DNA of 64,000 bases from an uncultured Rhabdochlamydiaceae bacterium (GCA_963712275.1 CAVQHD010000001.1:672001-736000), one strand, 5' to 3'; positions 1 through 9,303 are shown, numbered from the stretch's first letter. Numbers and translations: made by a program. Notes: generated from the letters alone by a model not told the origin.

Positions 1-430
1 AAATGAGTTTCTCAGGTAGCATTGAGCGCGGTTTGTAGACAATGGTCTTATCTCCAGTTGAAGTCCGAAAAGTAATAAAAAGGGCAACATGTCCGTTGTT
101 GTGCGATTCGTCGCCAAGAGGTCCAATCTCTTTAATTGTATCGCTCGCCTCTAGTCCTAAATAGGCAAGTTTTCCTAATCGCAGATCTGCACGAACTCTC
201 TCGTTCGCAGTTGAACATAAATTAAAAAAATCCTTACAAATTGTTGAAAGGATTTCTTCTCTCGCTTGACTTTCAATTCCTTCATAAAGGATGACTCCTA
301 GGATTTTATCTTTTAAATAAGTTTGAGACTTTGACCCAAGAGCCAAGAAATGGTTTTCACTGAGCTTTTTTATGAATTTATTGGCTTGGGTTTCTGCGAC
401 TTTACAATAATCGCCTGGCGAAAGGGTTGG
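1..430 (-). pseudogene. 5'-truncated ORF with a LanM-type dehydratase/kinase-like (DUF4135-like) domain; runs off the window start
   Basis: Manual translation of the minus strand from 430: PTLSPGDYCKV...IGPLGDESHNNGHVALFITFRTSTGDKTIVYKPRSMLPEKLI. This matches the LanM GD-x-H-xx-G...K-x-VYKPR signature. There is no ATG between the IS left end and these motifs. Confidence 0.65.
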
Positions 431-458
431 CAGCAGCTGAAGAAAATATAGATATTTC

Positions 459-487
459 TTGATGAATCTACATAAAATGTATAGAAT
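459..487 (+). promoter_or_regulatory. Putative sigma70/sigma66-type promoter of tnpA
   Basis: TTGATG (459-464), 17 bp spacer, TAGAAT (482-487). The ATG at 496 lies 8 nt downstream, so the mRNA may be leaderless. Confidence 0.45.
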
Positions 488-495
488 TCATTCCC

Positions 496-815
496 ATGAA
501 AGTAAGTATTGGGACAGCAGCAAAATATTTCGGTGTTTCACAGGAAACGCTTCGCAGATGGGAAAAATCAGGCCAGATTCTTGTTGAAAGGACGCCTAAA
601 GGCCATCGTCGCTTTGATCTTTCCAGGCATGCATCCGCGCAGTCCAAGAAATTGAACTCAAAGAAACATACTCTCGGCTATGCACGAGTCTCCAGCCATG
701 ACCAGAAAGATGATCTGACCAGGCAAGCCCAAGTCATAGAAAACTTCTGTACAGCTAATGGGTGGGTCCATGAGATCGTTTACAAGCTTTAAAACAAGCG
801 ACTGAAAATGTCTGA
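496..815 (+). pseudogene. tnpA: IS607 serine-recombinase transposase, internally deleted and frameshifted
   Basis: N-terminal MerR-type HTH (IGTAAKYFGVSQETLRRWE..RTPKGHRRF) and the GYARVSS catalytic motif are present, but the ORF stops at 98 aa. A probable C-terminal remnant LQALKQATENV* sits in another frame (780-815) and overlaps the tnpB ATG. Confidence 0.85.
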
Positions 816-2382
816 TAGAGCCCCTAGAACTTATCAAACCCGCATTCTCGATGACTTCGATAAGCCATTATCCGCCTATGCATTGCTCATGAGTCATGTT
901 GAGCACTGCTTGTTTGCAGACATTGCAGCCGGTAAGATTGCTGGAGATCTCAAATCATTTTACCTCACTCATTTTCAGATCACTGCCCGCCAATTCAATG
1001 CAGCTCGGGTCCGACTCGAAGGTAAAATAGACTCTATTCTCCGATTGCAATCACAGCATATTGAAACCAAAAAGCACCAAATTGCAGCTCTCGAAGAGAC
1101 CCTTGTCCGTCTTAAAAATAAAAAAATTCTCCATCAAAAAAAGCGGCGCCTTGCCAAACTCAAATATCGACTCCAAAAGCTCGAAACAGCTCAAAAAAAT
1201 AAAGATCTCTCTCTTTGCTTTGGCGGTAAAAAACTGTTTCGAGCTCAATTTGATTTAGAAGCTAATGGCTATGCAACCCATGAAGACTGGAAAAACGATT
1301 GGAGACAAACCAGAAGTTCTGAAATTTTCATCCTTGGATCTAAAGATGAAACTTCCGGCAATCAAAGCTGTACAGCTTTGATTGGACAAGATGATTCCAT
1401 TCATTTACGTGTAAGACTGCCCGATGCATTGATTTCTCAATTCGGCAAATATCTCCAAATCCCCAACATCCGCTTTGCCTACGGCCATGATGTGATTGTC
1501 GCAGCCATTCGCGACTGTCATCTAAGGCAACAACGTCTCAAGGATCCCGCTTATAAAAATCATGGCCAAGCGATCACCTTCCGTTTTAAAAAAGATGCCA
1601 AAGGCTGGCGTATTTTTGCTAGCATGGACATCCAGATCTCTCAGCCGATGACGCTTAAAGAAAATGGCGTCGTGGCCGTTGATATTAATCGTGATCATCT
1701 AGCAGTTGTAGAAACCGATCGATTCGGTAATACCCTTTCTACATTCAATATTCCTCTTTCCCTTCACAATACCTCTAAAGGTCAGGCCCAAGCTCTCATT
1801 GGCAATGCCTCGGCCCAAATTATTGCCCTTTGTGAAAAGACACAAAAACCCCTCGTCCTTGAAAACCTCGACTTTAAGAAAAAGAAAGCCCAACTTAGAG
1901 AAAAAGATCCCTCCTATTCTCGCATGCTCTCTGCTTTTGCCTACGCATCAATCATCACCCATCTTAAAAGCCGAGGGGCCTCAAAAAGAGTCGCCGTTTA
2001 TAGCGTCAACCCTGCTTTTACTTCGCTCATCGGGCGAGTCAAGTTTGCAAAACGTTATGGCTTAACAATTCATATGGCGGCCGCACTTTGCATTGGCCGC
2101 AGATTTTTAGGAGTTTCTGAAAGAATGCCCCAAGGCCAAAGGGAGATTCCCGATGGAAAAGGGCGCCATGTCACCCTTGATCTACCTGCAAGGAATCGAT
2201 CTCGGCATGTATGGCACCAATGGGGGCAGCTCAATAAGAAACTTTCAGCGGCGCTGACAGCGCATTTTCGGGCGGTACATACCGATCCTAGAGTCCCCCA
2301 AAACGACTCCTGCGACAGCATGTTCTCGAATCTTGCCGGCGAGACTCCGGCACGCGAATCGTCAACTCGACTGCTCTGTTGA
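808..2382 (+). CDS. tnpB: TnpB-related RNA-guided nuclease family protein (IS607-associated)
   Basis: RuvC-I VAVDIN, RuvC-II LVLENLDF, VNPAFTS and HMAAALCIGRR motifs; lies directly downstream of IS607 tnpA. Confidence 0.9.
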   Translation: MSDRAPRTYQTRILDDFDKPLSAYALLMSHVEHCLFADIAAGKIAGDLKSFYLTHFQITARQFNAARVRLEGKIDSILRLQSQHIETKKHQIAALEETLVRLKNKKILHQKKRRLAKLKYRLQKLETAQKNKDLSLCFGGKKLFRAQFDLEANGYATHEDWKNDWRQTRSSEIFILGSKDETSGNQSCTALIGQDDSIHLRVRLPDALISQFGKYLQIPNIRFAYGHDVIVAAIRDCHLRQQRLKDPAYKNHGQAITFRFKKDAKGWRIFASMDIQISQPMTLKENGVVAVDINRDHLAVVETDRFGNTLSTFNIPLSLHNTSKGQAQALIGNASAQIIALCEKTQKPLVLENLDFKKKKAQLREKDPSYSRMLSAFAYASIITHLKSRGASKRVAVYSVNPAFTSLIGRVKFAKRYGLTIHMAAALCIGRRFLGVSERMPQGQREIPDGKGRHVTLDLPARNRSRHVWHQWGQLNKKLSAALTAHFRAVHTDPRVPQNDSCDSMFSNLAGETPARESSTRLLC

Positions 2383-2456
2383 CGTGTCCGGCTTGTCTAT
2401 GTGTTTGTGTAGATTTGCCTAGATTTTTTTGAGCGGTTTGATAACACTCTGCCATG
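2281..2456 (+). ncRNA. Predicted TnpB omega-RNA (reRNA) scaffold plus flank-derived guide
   Basis: Hairpins GAGTC/GACTC (2291-2309), GCCGG/CCGGC (2335-2351) and CGTCAAC/GTTGACG (2360-2384) overlap the tnpB 3' end. This is the position established for TnpB omega-RNAs. Boundaries are approximate. Confidence 0.55.
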
Positions 2457-3010
2457 TACATCATAGGAAGGGGGTGCTTTCCTTCCATTAGTCTCCAAGC
2501 AACTGTATAAGCTTGCAAAGCTTCATGCAGCTCACCGTTGCCTTGGCGGGACATGCCAAGGCCTATCCAGCAATCAAATACCTGGGGCGCTAGCGAGGCT
2601 AGAAGATAAAAAAGTGAAGCGCTCTTACCAAAATGTTTTTCTTTTAACCATTTTTTAGCCATTTGATAAATGGCATTTAGAAAAGCGCTTGAACTTGGAT
2701 TTAATTTGAGATCTTTCAAATTGGGGAGCTTTTCTAACCTAGAGAGCTGATGATCCAGTGAGCGAAGCTCAACATTCATAGCCTTTAAAACATCTGTAGG
2801 GAATGTTGATTCCATTTCCTCGTAAAAATAGGTCACTGCCTGATTCATCGTATTTTGAATAGTTGTCCATTCATTCTGAATATCTATATTGATTTTTTCT
2901 GTTAACTGCTTTTCAGAGAAAAAAGATGAAAGTCTCACTTTTTCTTGCTCAAAGATTTCTGGAAACCTCTTTTTGATGTAGGCGTCTTTTGCTTTTTCAG
3001 CAGTATTCAT
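2437..3010 (-). pseudogene. TPR protein resembling SycD/LcrH type III secretion chaperones, 3'-truncated by the IS
   Basis: TPR-like FYLLASLAPQVFDCWIGLGMSRQ..EALQAY...PLPMMYMAECY. After CYQT the ORF (2288..3010) reads into IS right-end sequence. Confidence 0.7.
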
Positions 3011-3103
3011 ACTTATTTTCCATTTATCATTTTTAGTTTTAAATATTAATAAGTATTATGATTTGTCTGGTAGGTTACTCAATTTTTCTATAGAGTTAGA
3101 CTT

Positions 3104-3838
3104 ATGACAATTTGGGCGATGGCTGATTTACACCTGGCTAAAAGTGTTCCATCTAAAAATATGGCGGTCTTTGGCCCTGAGTGGGAAGGGTATATGGACA
3201 AAATCGAAGAGGCGTGGCGCTCACTGGTCGGCCCTTATGACCTTGTACTGCTTCCTGGCGATATCAGCTGGGCAATGAGGCTGGAGGAGGCGCTCATTGA
3301 CCTGGAGTGGATTCATGCGCTTCCAGGCACGAAGCTGATGATTCGAGGCAATCACGACTATTGGTGGAGCTCGCCTAAGAAAATGTCTGAAAAGTTCCCT
3401 TCTTCGATCCACTTCATTCAAAATACAGCCTTTCATTGGAATGAGGTGGCTATCGGAGGCAGCAGACTCTGGGATACGCCTGAATATAACTTTAACGCCT
3501 ATATTCATTTCCAAGAAAATCAGCGGGCTAAAACGAAGGAAGTGCCGACCATCGATCGGGAGGCTATTTTTGAGCGGGAGCTTGAGCGGCTTCGTTTAAG
3601 CCTTCGGCAGATGAACCCTTCCGCGCGCGTTAAAATTGCGATGACTCACTATCCCCCCATTGGAGCAGACCTGCGCCCCTCTAGAGCTTCGGCAATTCTT
3701 CAAGAGTTTGGAGTTCATCTCTGTGTTTTTGGCCATCTGCATAATATTCGCAAAGATGCCAAAATCTTTGGGGAAGGATTTTTGCTTGTTGCCGCCGATT
3801 ACCTCAATTTTAATCTACTAAAAATTCTTCCACGATGA
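3104..3838 (+). CDS. Calcineurin-like metallophosphoesterase
   Basis: DLH, PGDISWA, GNHD, THYPP and GHLH motifs. Confidence 0.9.
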   Translation: MTIWAMADLHLAKSVPSKNMAVFGPEWEGYMDKIEEAWRSLVGPYDLVLLPGDISWAMRLEEALIDLEWIHALPGTKLMIRGNHDYWWSSPKKMSEKFPSSIHFIQNTAFHWNEVAIGGSRLWDTPEYNFNAYIHFQENQRAKTKEVPTIDREAIFERELERLRLSLRQMNPSARVKIAMTHYPPIGADLRPSRASAILQEFGVHLCVFGHLHNIRKDAKIFGEGFLLVAADYLNFNLLKILPR

Positions 3839-4257
3839 CGCGGCAGATAAGGAGGAAATCTCCCTTCTTTCTTCTCGAGGTGATGATCGCGGTGATTTTG
3901 GTAGGGATCTTTTCTTATTTTTCATTGCAAAGCGCATTTAAGACTTTGAATATTCACCGCAAGTTTCTAAGAGAGTTGGAATACTCTAGGCTGACGGACC
4001 TTAAACGGATGGAGGTGATCGAAGCGTATTGGAACAAGGCTAGAGAGCTTTTTGAAGCAGGGCAGCCTGTCATCGTGGAAAAAGGGCCTCTTGAGTACAA
4101 AGTAGGGCGGTCCAAAGCTGTTTTAGCCTCTCAGCAAAAATATGTGGTCCAGTGTAACGGATGCCGGCAAGAGAAATTCTATCTTTTAGATATCAAGGAA
4201 AAAAGAGCTCAACCTCCTAAGGAAATCACCTATCACTTTTTTGTTACCAGCCCATAG
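3835..4257 (+). CDS. Hypothetical protein with a prepilin/pseudopilin-like N-terminus
   Basis: Basic leader RRKSP, then FFLLEVMIAVILVGIF (F+1, E+5, hydrophobic helix). Start overlaps the upstream stop (ATGA). Confidence 0.6.
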   Translation: MTRQIRRKSPFFLLEVMIAVILVGIFSYFSLQSAFKTLNIHRKFLRELEYSRLTDLKRMEVIEAYWNKARELFEAGQPVIVEKGPLEYKVGRSKAVLASQQKYVVQCNGCRQEKFYLLDIKEKRAQPPKEITYHFFVTSP

Positions 4258-5231
4258 CTATTATCCAGATACCAATCGACGGTTTTTTCGAGTCCTTGCT
4301 CTAACGTGTGGGCTGGGGTCCAACCTAACGCATGAGAAATCTTCGCTGCGTCAATGGCATAGCGGAAATCGTGGCCTGGTCTATCGGGGACAAAGGAGAT
4401 GAGTTTTTGGAAAGAGGCTTTGTCCTGAGAGGTTTTCGCTCCAATAAGATCGATCAGAGTATACAGAAGATCGATGTTGCTTTTTTCGCCCTTCCCGCCA
4501 ATATCATACACTTCTCCCGAGCGGCCTTGGTTCAAGATAAGCCAAATGGCATCGGAGTGGTCGTCAACGTAAAGCCAGTCTCGAACATTGAGCCCTTGAC
4601 CATAGACGGGAAGCGGCTTGTGCTCAAGACAATGAGAAATCATGCGTGGGATGAATTTTTCTTCATGTTGGCAGGGGCCGTAATTATTGCTGCAATGAGA
4701 AAGAGTTGTAGAAAGGGCATACGTATGCGCCCAGGCCCGGACAAGGTGGTCGGACGCTGCTTTTGAAGCCGCATAAGGAGAGTTCGGTTTGTAAGGAGAA
4801 GATTCATTGAAAAAGCCGGTTTCCAAAGATCCATACACCTCGTCTGTGGACACATGGTGAAAATGGATATGAGGCCGCTCTCTAACAACCTCTAAAAGAG
4901 AGAAAGTGCCGAGGATGTTGGCTTCGATAAAAGCAGAAGGGTTGTGAATGCTTCGATCGACATGGCTTTCAGCGGCAAAATGGACAATTGCTTCTAGACG
5001 GTAAGCATCGCAAAGAGATTGGACAAGGGCGCGATCTCGAATATCTCCACGGACAAACAGGTGTTTTGGATCGTGGAAAAAAGAGGACATGTTTTTTTCA
5101 CTTCCAGCATACGTTAAAAGATCGAGGTTGACGATCTGTTCTAATAGAGGAGATGTTTCTAGCCCTCGTCGAATAAAGGACGATCCAATAAATCCTGCGC
5201 CGCCTGTGACGAGGAGCCGTTTAAAGCGCAT
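4233..5231 (-). CDS. rfbB: dTDP-glucose 4,6-dehydratase
   Basis: VTGGAGFIGS, HFAAESHVDRSI, HVSTDEVYG, YAASKA and DRPGHDFRY motifs. Confidence 0.96.
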   Translation of the reverse strand: MRFKRLLVTGGAGFIGSSFIRRGLETSPLLEQIVNLDLLTYAGSEKNMSSFFHDPKHLFVRGDIRDRALVQSLCDAYRLEAIVHFAAESHVDRSIHNPSAFIEANILGTFSLLEVVRERPHIHFHHVSTDEVYGSLETGFFNESSPYKPNSPYAASKAASDHLVRAWAHTYALSTTLSHCSNNYGPCQHEEKFIPRMISHCLEHKPLPVYGQGLNVRDWLYVDDHSDAIWLILNQGRSGEVYDIGGKGEKSNIDLLYTLIDLIGAKTSQDKASFQKLISFVPDRPGHDFRYAIDAAKISHALGWTPAHTLEQGLEKTVDWYLDNSYGLVTKK

Positions 5232-6075
5232 CTAGATGCTCCTTCAGCGCAATTTGCCAATTGCGAGGAGAGATTCCCAAAAGATTTTCAATCTTCTGCG
5301 TCTCCAGAGCGGAATAGCGCGGACGGAGAGCCGCTGTTTGAAAAGAAGAGTTCAAGGCGGGCAGAATTTCTTGGCAAGCGAGCTTTTGCCCCCTCTTTTC
5401 TAGAAGCTCCCGCATGTAGAGCGCTACATCGTATCGAGAGGCTAGTCCATGATTTGCAAAATGAAAAATTCCTTCGTGGTCTAGAAGGGTAAGAAGAACT
5501 TTTGCAAGGTCGTCAACATAAGTCAATCGATTGATTTGATCAGACGATACTGAAATGGCTTTCTCTAGATGAAGTCTTTCCCACAGACTGGAAATCAAAT
5601 TTTTCCCTCCTGGTCCAAATACCCACGAGGTACGGACAATACAAGCATGAGAAGAGGCTTCAAGCAAGCGGAGTTCTCCTTCCCGCTTGGTTTTAGCATA
5701 GACATTGCAAGGAAGGCAGGGATCGGTTTCTTTAAGAGGCAAACTACGATCAGAGTTAAAAACATAATCAGTGGAAAGATGAAGCACTTTTATCCCTTCT
5801 TGATGTGCCAGTTTTCCTAAGTTTTCAGGGCCTAAGGTATTGGCTGCAAATGCTTTTTCATAATTCTTTTCAGCATCGTCGACTCGAGTAAACGCAGCGC
5901 AGTTGATGAGATGTGTAATTTTTTCTTGAGAATTAAAGAATTTTCTTACTTCTGCAGGCGAGCCGATGTCAACGTCGGCATGGCTGGTGGAGGTAAAAGA
6001 GAGATGGCTCTGAATGCACCTCTTTTGAACAGCTTGTCCAACAAGTCCACTTGCTCCTGTAATCCAAATTTTCAT
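5221..6075 (-). CDS. rfbD: dTDP-4-dehydrorhamnose reductase
   Basis: ITGASGLVG, NCAAFTRVD, STDYVF, YAKTK and RPRYSAL motifs. Confidence 0.95.
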   Translation of the reverse strand: MKIWITGASGLVGQAVQKRCIQSHLSFTSTSHADVDIGSPAEVRKFFNSQEKITHLINCAAFTRVDDAEKNYEKAFAANTLGPENLGKLAHQEGIKVLHLSTDYVFNSDRSLPLKETDPCLPCNVYAKTKREGELRLLEASSHACIVRTSWVFGPGGKNLISSLWERLHLEKAISVSSDQINRLTYVDDLAKVLLTLLDHEGIFHFANHGLASRYDVALYMRELLEKRGQKLACQEILPALNSSFQTAALRPRYSALETQKIENLLGISPRNWQIALKEHLDAL

Positions 6076-6608
6076 TGGAGAACCTCTTGAAAACTTGGAG
6101 CTTTAAGGTCACGAGAAGATAGAATCGGATTTTTAACCGGCCACTCAATTTGAACGGTAGGGTCGTCGTACCGAAATGTTTTTTCAGTGGATTCATTGTA
6201 AGGAGTAGAAACTTTATAATGGACATGGGCTCCCTCCTCGCTGACAACGCAAAAGCCATGGGCAAATCCGATAGGGACAAGGAGCTGCTGCTGCGACTCC
6301 CCATCGAGATAGACCCCTTCCCATGTGCCAAATGTGGGAGAATCGGGCCTGATATCGACGGCGACATCGAAAATTTTTCCTTGGGAGACCCATACAAATT
6401 TCTCTTGGCCGGGAGATGACTGAAAATGCATTCCTCGGATCACATGTTTTTTAGAAAATGAGTGGTTATCTTGCACAAAACAAGAGGAAAGACCCTTCTC
6501 TTGACAACGGAGCTGGTGAAAACTCTCTTTAAAAAATCCTCTTTCATCTCGAAAGATGCTGGGACGGACTAATTTCAGTCCTTTTAGGCGAAGATTAATG
6601 ACTTCCAT
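6072..6608 (-). CDS. rfbC: dTDP-4-dehydrorhamnose 3,5-epimerase
   Basis: DERGFF, QDNHSFS, RGMHFQ, DVAVDIR and GFAHGF motifs. Confidence 0.96.
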   Translation of the reverse strand: MEVINLRLKGLKLVRPSIFRDERGFFKESFHQLRCQEKGLSSCFVQDNHSFSKKHVIRGMHFQSSPGQEKFVWVSQGKIFDVAVDIRPDSPTFGTWEGVYLDGESQQQLLVPIGFAHGFCVVSEEGAHVHYKVSTPYNESTEKTFRYDDPTVQIEWPVKNPILSSRDLKAPSFQEVLQ

Positions 6609-6695
6609 TGGTTTTATGATAATTCATTGTTGCTTTTTTTTAAATTGAGAGATTATCCTTGATCATTGCTTGTAATTTTTTATTTGGAGTCGCTT

Positions 6696-7901
6696 ATGCA
6701 TATCATCCGGAATTTAGGCCACGTCGTTGGAGGAACCTTACTCATTGCAGCAACCACTATTGGGGTTGGCATGCTAGGGCTCCCTATTGCAACGGGACCT
6801 GGAGGTTTTATCCCTGCAACAGCAGTTTATCTGATCACGTGGATGTTTATGCTTTGCACTGGACTTCTTTTGCTCGAAGTCTGCACATGGATGCCGAAAG
6901 AAGCTAATTTAATTACGATGACCCACCGTCTTTTAGGCCCTGCCGGTAAAGCGATTTGCTGGGTTGTGTACCTCTTTCTCTTTTGTACAGCGATGATTGC
7001 GCACGTCTCTGCTGGAGGAAGTACGATGGCAGATGTGCTAAGCCTTGCTTTTGGCGTTCAGATTGCAACGCCTGTTGCAATGGTGATCTATGTACTTATT
7101 TTTTCACCCATTGTTTATCTGGGAACGCGGTCGGTCGATCGGTTTAATCTCTTCATGATGACAGCGGTTTTGACCACTTATTTCCTATTTATTGTTTTAT
7201 CAGCAGGAAAAGTCGATTTTAAACTGCTCTCCTACGCAAATTGGAGTGAAGCTTGGCCGGCGCTGCCTGTTCTTTTTACAGCTTTTACGTATCAGTTGAT
7301 CATCCCGACCCTCATGACCTATATGAATCAGGATGCCAAGAAAGTACGCCTTTCCATTATTTTAGGAAGCTCTATTCCGCTCGCCGTCTATTTAATTTGG
7401 GAGCTACTCATCCTAGGGATCATTCCTGTTGAAGGGCTGATTGCGGCTAAAGCTGCAGGGCAAACAGCTGTGATGCCTCTCAAAGACTTACTTCAAAATC
7501 CTTGGATTTTTAACATTGGAAGTTGTTTTGCCTTTTTTGTGCTCACAACCTCTTATATTGCCCTTGCGCTTGCCTTCCTCGACTTTTTAGCGGACGGCTT
7601 AAAAGTTAAAAAGGAAGGATTTAAGAAAGTGGCGCTATGTGTAGGTGTTTTTGCTCCGCCGACAATCATTGCTTTGATTTATCCAGGGATTTTTATCACC
7701 GCCCTTGAGTATGCAGGGGGAATTAGCTGCGCGCTTCTTTTTGGACTTCTCCCGCCCTTGATGGTGTGGGTTGGACGTTATCTCAAAAAAGAGAATCGTC
7801 ATCCGATCCAGCTTGGAGGAGGAAAAGTCATCCTATCGATTTTAATGTTGTTTGTTTTTGCAGAGCTTGTTTTACAAGTAATGAATCAACTACACAGATG
7901 A
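6696..7901 (+). CDS. tyrP: Aromatic amino acid permease (TyrP/Mtr family)
   Basis: [19 protein letters not shown] signature and many TM segments. ATG at 6696 follows GGAG. Confidence 0.88.
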   Translation: MHIIRNLGHVVGGTLLIAATTIGVGMLGLPIATGPGGFIPATAVYLITWMFMLCTGLLLLEVCTWMPKEANLITMTHRLLGPAGKAICWVVYLFLFCTAMIAHVSAGGSTMADVLSLAFGVQIATPVAMVIYVLIFSPIVYLGTRSVDRFNLFMMTAVLTTYFLFIVLSAGKVDFKLLSYANWSEAWPALPVLFTAFTYQLIIPTLMTYMNQDAKKVRLSIILGSSIPLAVYLIWELLILGIIPVEGLIAAKAAGQTAVMPLKDLLQNPWIFNIGSCFAFFVLTTSYIALALAFLDFLADGLKVKKEGFKKVALCVGVFAPPTIIALIYPGIFITALEYAGGISCALLFGLLPPLMVWVGRYLKKENRHPIQLGGGKVILSILMLFVFAELVLQVMNQLHR

Positions 7902-8851
7902 GAAAGCGGGTTTTAGTGACAGGGGGAGCCGGTTTTTTAGGCTCCCATCTATGTGAAAAGTTATTAGAGCACGACATGGGTGTGCTCTGTTTAGATAATT
8001 TTTTCACAGGATCTAAAGACAATATCGTTCATTTACTGCAGCACCCCCACTTTGAGCTTTTGCAGCACGATGTTTGCGAGCCCCTTCAAGTTGAAGTCGA
8101 TGAAATTTATAATTTAGCGTGTCCTGCCTCGCCCATTCATTATCAGTCGGATCCTGTTCAGACAACGAAAACAAGTGTTCTTGGAGCCATCCATTTACTC
8201 TCGCTGGCTCAAACTCTGAACATCAAAATTTTGCAAGCCTCTACGAGTGAAGTGTACGGCGATCCTGAAGTTCACCCTCAGAAGGAAGGGTATTGGGGGA
8301 ATGTCAACCCCATCGGGCCTAGATCTTGTTATGATGAAAGCAAGCGGTGTGCTGAGACGTTATTCTTTGATTACCACAGGCAATATGCCCTTCCCATTAA
8401 AGTAGCTCGGATTTTCAATACATACGGCCCTCGGATGCATCCTCAAGATGGCCGGGTGGTTTCTAATTTCATCGTGCAGGCCCTCAAAGGAGAACCGATC
8501 ACGATTTATGGCGATGGGACTCAAACCCGCTCGTTTTGCTATGTGGATGATTTAATTGAAGGACTCGTCCTGCTGATGGGATCTCCTCCTTCCTTGACAG
8601 GACCTATCAACCTCGGGAATCCTGTCGAATTTCAAATTGGCGAGCTTGCCCGTCTAGTTCTCGAGATGACAGGATCTAAATCTCTCCTCATCTTTAAACC
8701 CCTGCCTCAAGACGATCCCCGTAAACGAAAACCCGATATCACCCTTGCTCAAACAACCTTAGGATGGTCTCCCACGGTTGCTCTCCAGGAGGGCTTAAGC
8801 CGAACGATTCAATATTTTGATGCGCTTTTATACCGCAAGTCAAGCCGCTGA
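7898..8851 (+). CDS. UDP-glucuronate decarboxylase (UDP-xylose synthase-like SDR)
   Basis: [39 protein letters not shown] and [10 protein letters not shown] motifs. ATG at 7898 overlaps the tyrP stop. Confidence 0.92.
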   Translation: MRKRVLVTGGAGFLGSHLCEKLLEHDMGVLCLDNFFTGSKDNIVHLLQHPHFELLQHDVCEPLQVEVDEIYNLACPASPIHYQSDPVQTTKTSVLGAIHLLSLAQTLNIKILQASTSEVYGDPEVHPQKEGYWGNVNPIGPRSCYDESKRCAETLFFDYHRQYALPIKVARIFNTYGPRMHPQDGRVVSNFIVQALKGEPITIYGDGTQTRSFCYVDDLIEGLVLLMGSPPSLTGPINLGNPVEFQIGELARLVLEMTGSKSLLIFKPLPQDDPRKRKPDITLAQTTLGWSPTVALQEGLSRTIQYFDALLYRKSSR

Positions 8852-9292
8852 TTGCCATCCTTTTGAAGTTGATTTGAAAAGAAATTCTTGATCATCGATT
8901 GTCTCTTCGAGGTTAGCAATTTCTTTAAGGATGGCTGAAATTTTCCCATCTTGATCATGGATGTGTTCCCTATAAAGGAGCCTCAATAAGGATTCAGATG
9001 GTTTGGGCATAGCAATCTTTCCATTTTCCCAGCGACGGATTGCTTGCTCACTGACACCTAATAGCATACTTAGAGTGTTTTGAGATAACAACATTTCGTG
9101 CCTTAAAAAGCGTATTTCTTCTCCAGATAAATCTTTTTTAGATGTTACAAGTAGTAAGCCAATGGCTTTATGTAACCCATCCATATCGCAAATAGAAATA
9201 GACTTGCCTCTAGGAGTTTGAATAAATTTATATCCATTTAGAAGGAAAATATTAGATAGGCCACACTCAGTATAATGGTAATAATTAGTCAT
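8840..9292 (-). CDS. XRE-family HTH regulator, probable antitoxin (MqsA-like)
   Basis: [14 protein letters not shown]-terminus and [36 protein letters not shown]; downstream of a DUF4258-like gene. Confidence 0.8.
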   Translation of the reverse strand: MTNYYHYTECGLSNIFLLNGYKFIQTPRGKSISICDMDGLHKAIGLLLVTSKKDLSGEEIRFLRHEMLLSQNTLSMLLGVSEQAIRRWENGKIAMPKPSESLLRLLYREHIHDQDGKISAILKEIANLEETIDDQEFLFKSTSKGWQSAA

Positions 9293-9303
9293 AATATCTC
9301 CAT

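Larger units (their letters stand above)
431..2436 (+). mobile_element. IS607-family insertion sequence (tnpA remnant + tnpB), probably non-autonomous
   Basis: MerR-HTH/serine recombinase ORF followed by TnpB. There are no terminal inverted repeats. The ends are inferred at GG dinucleotides (TTGG|CAGCAG at 427-436; ...GAGCGG| at 2431-2436), and the right end coincides with the loss of TPR-like sequence in the flanking gene. Confidence 0.85.

Noticed and set aside
431..495. IStron (group I intron fused to IS607)
   Set aside because: Only 65 nt separate the inferred left end from tnpA, too short for a group I intron core.
2288..2436. C-terminal tail of the 240-aa TPR ORF
   Set aside because: It is read-through into the antisense of the IS right end, not native protein.
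808..2500. Cas12/type V CRISPR locus
   Set aside because: No repeat-spacer array or cas1/cas2 is present, and the context is IS607 tnpA.
7766..7897. N-terminal extension of the UDP-GlcA decarboxylase ORF
   Set aside because: It overlaps tyrP; the SDR fold begins at ATG 7898.
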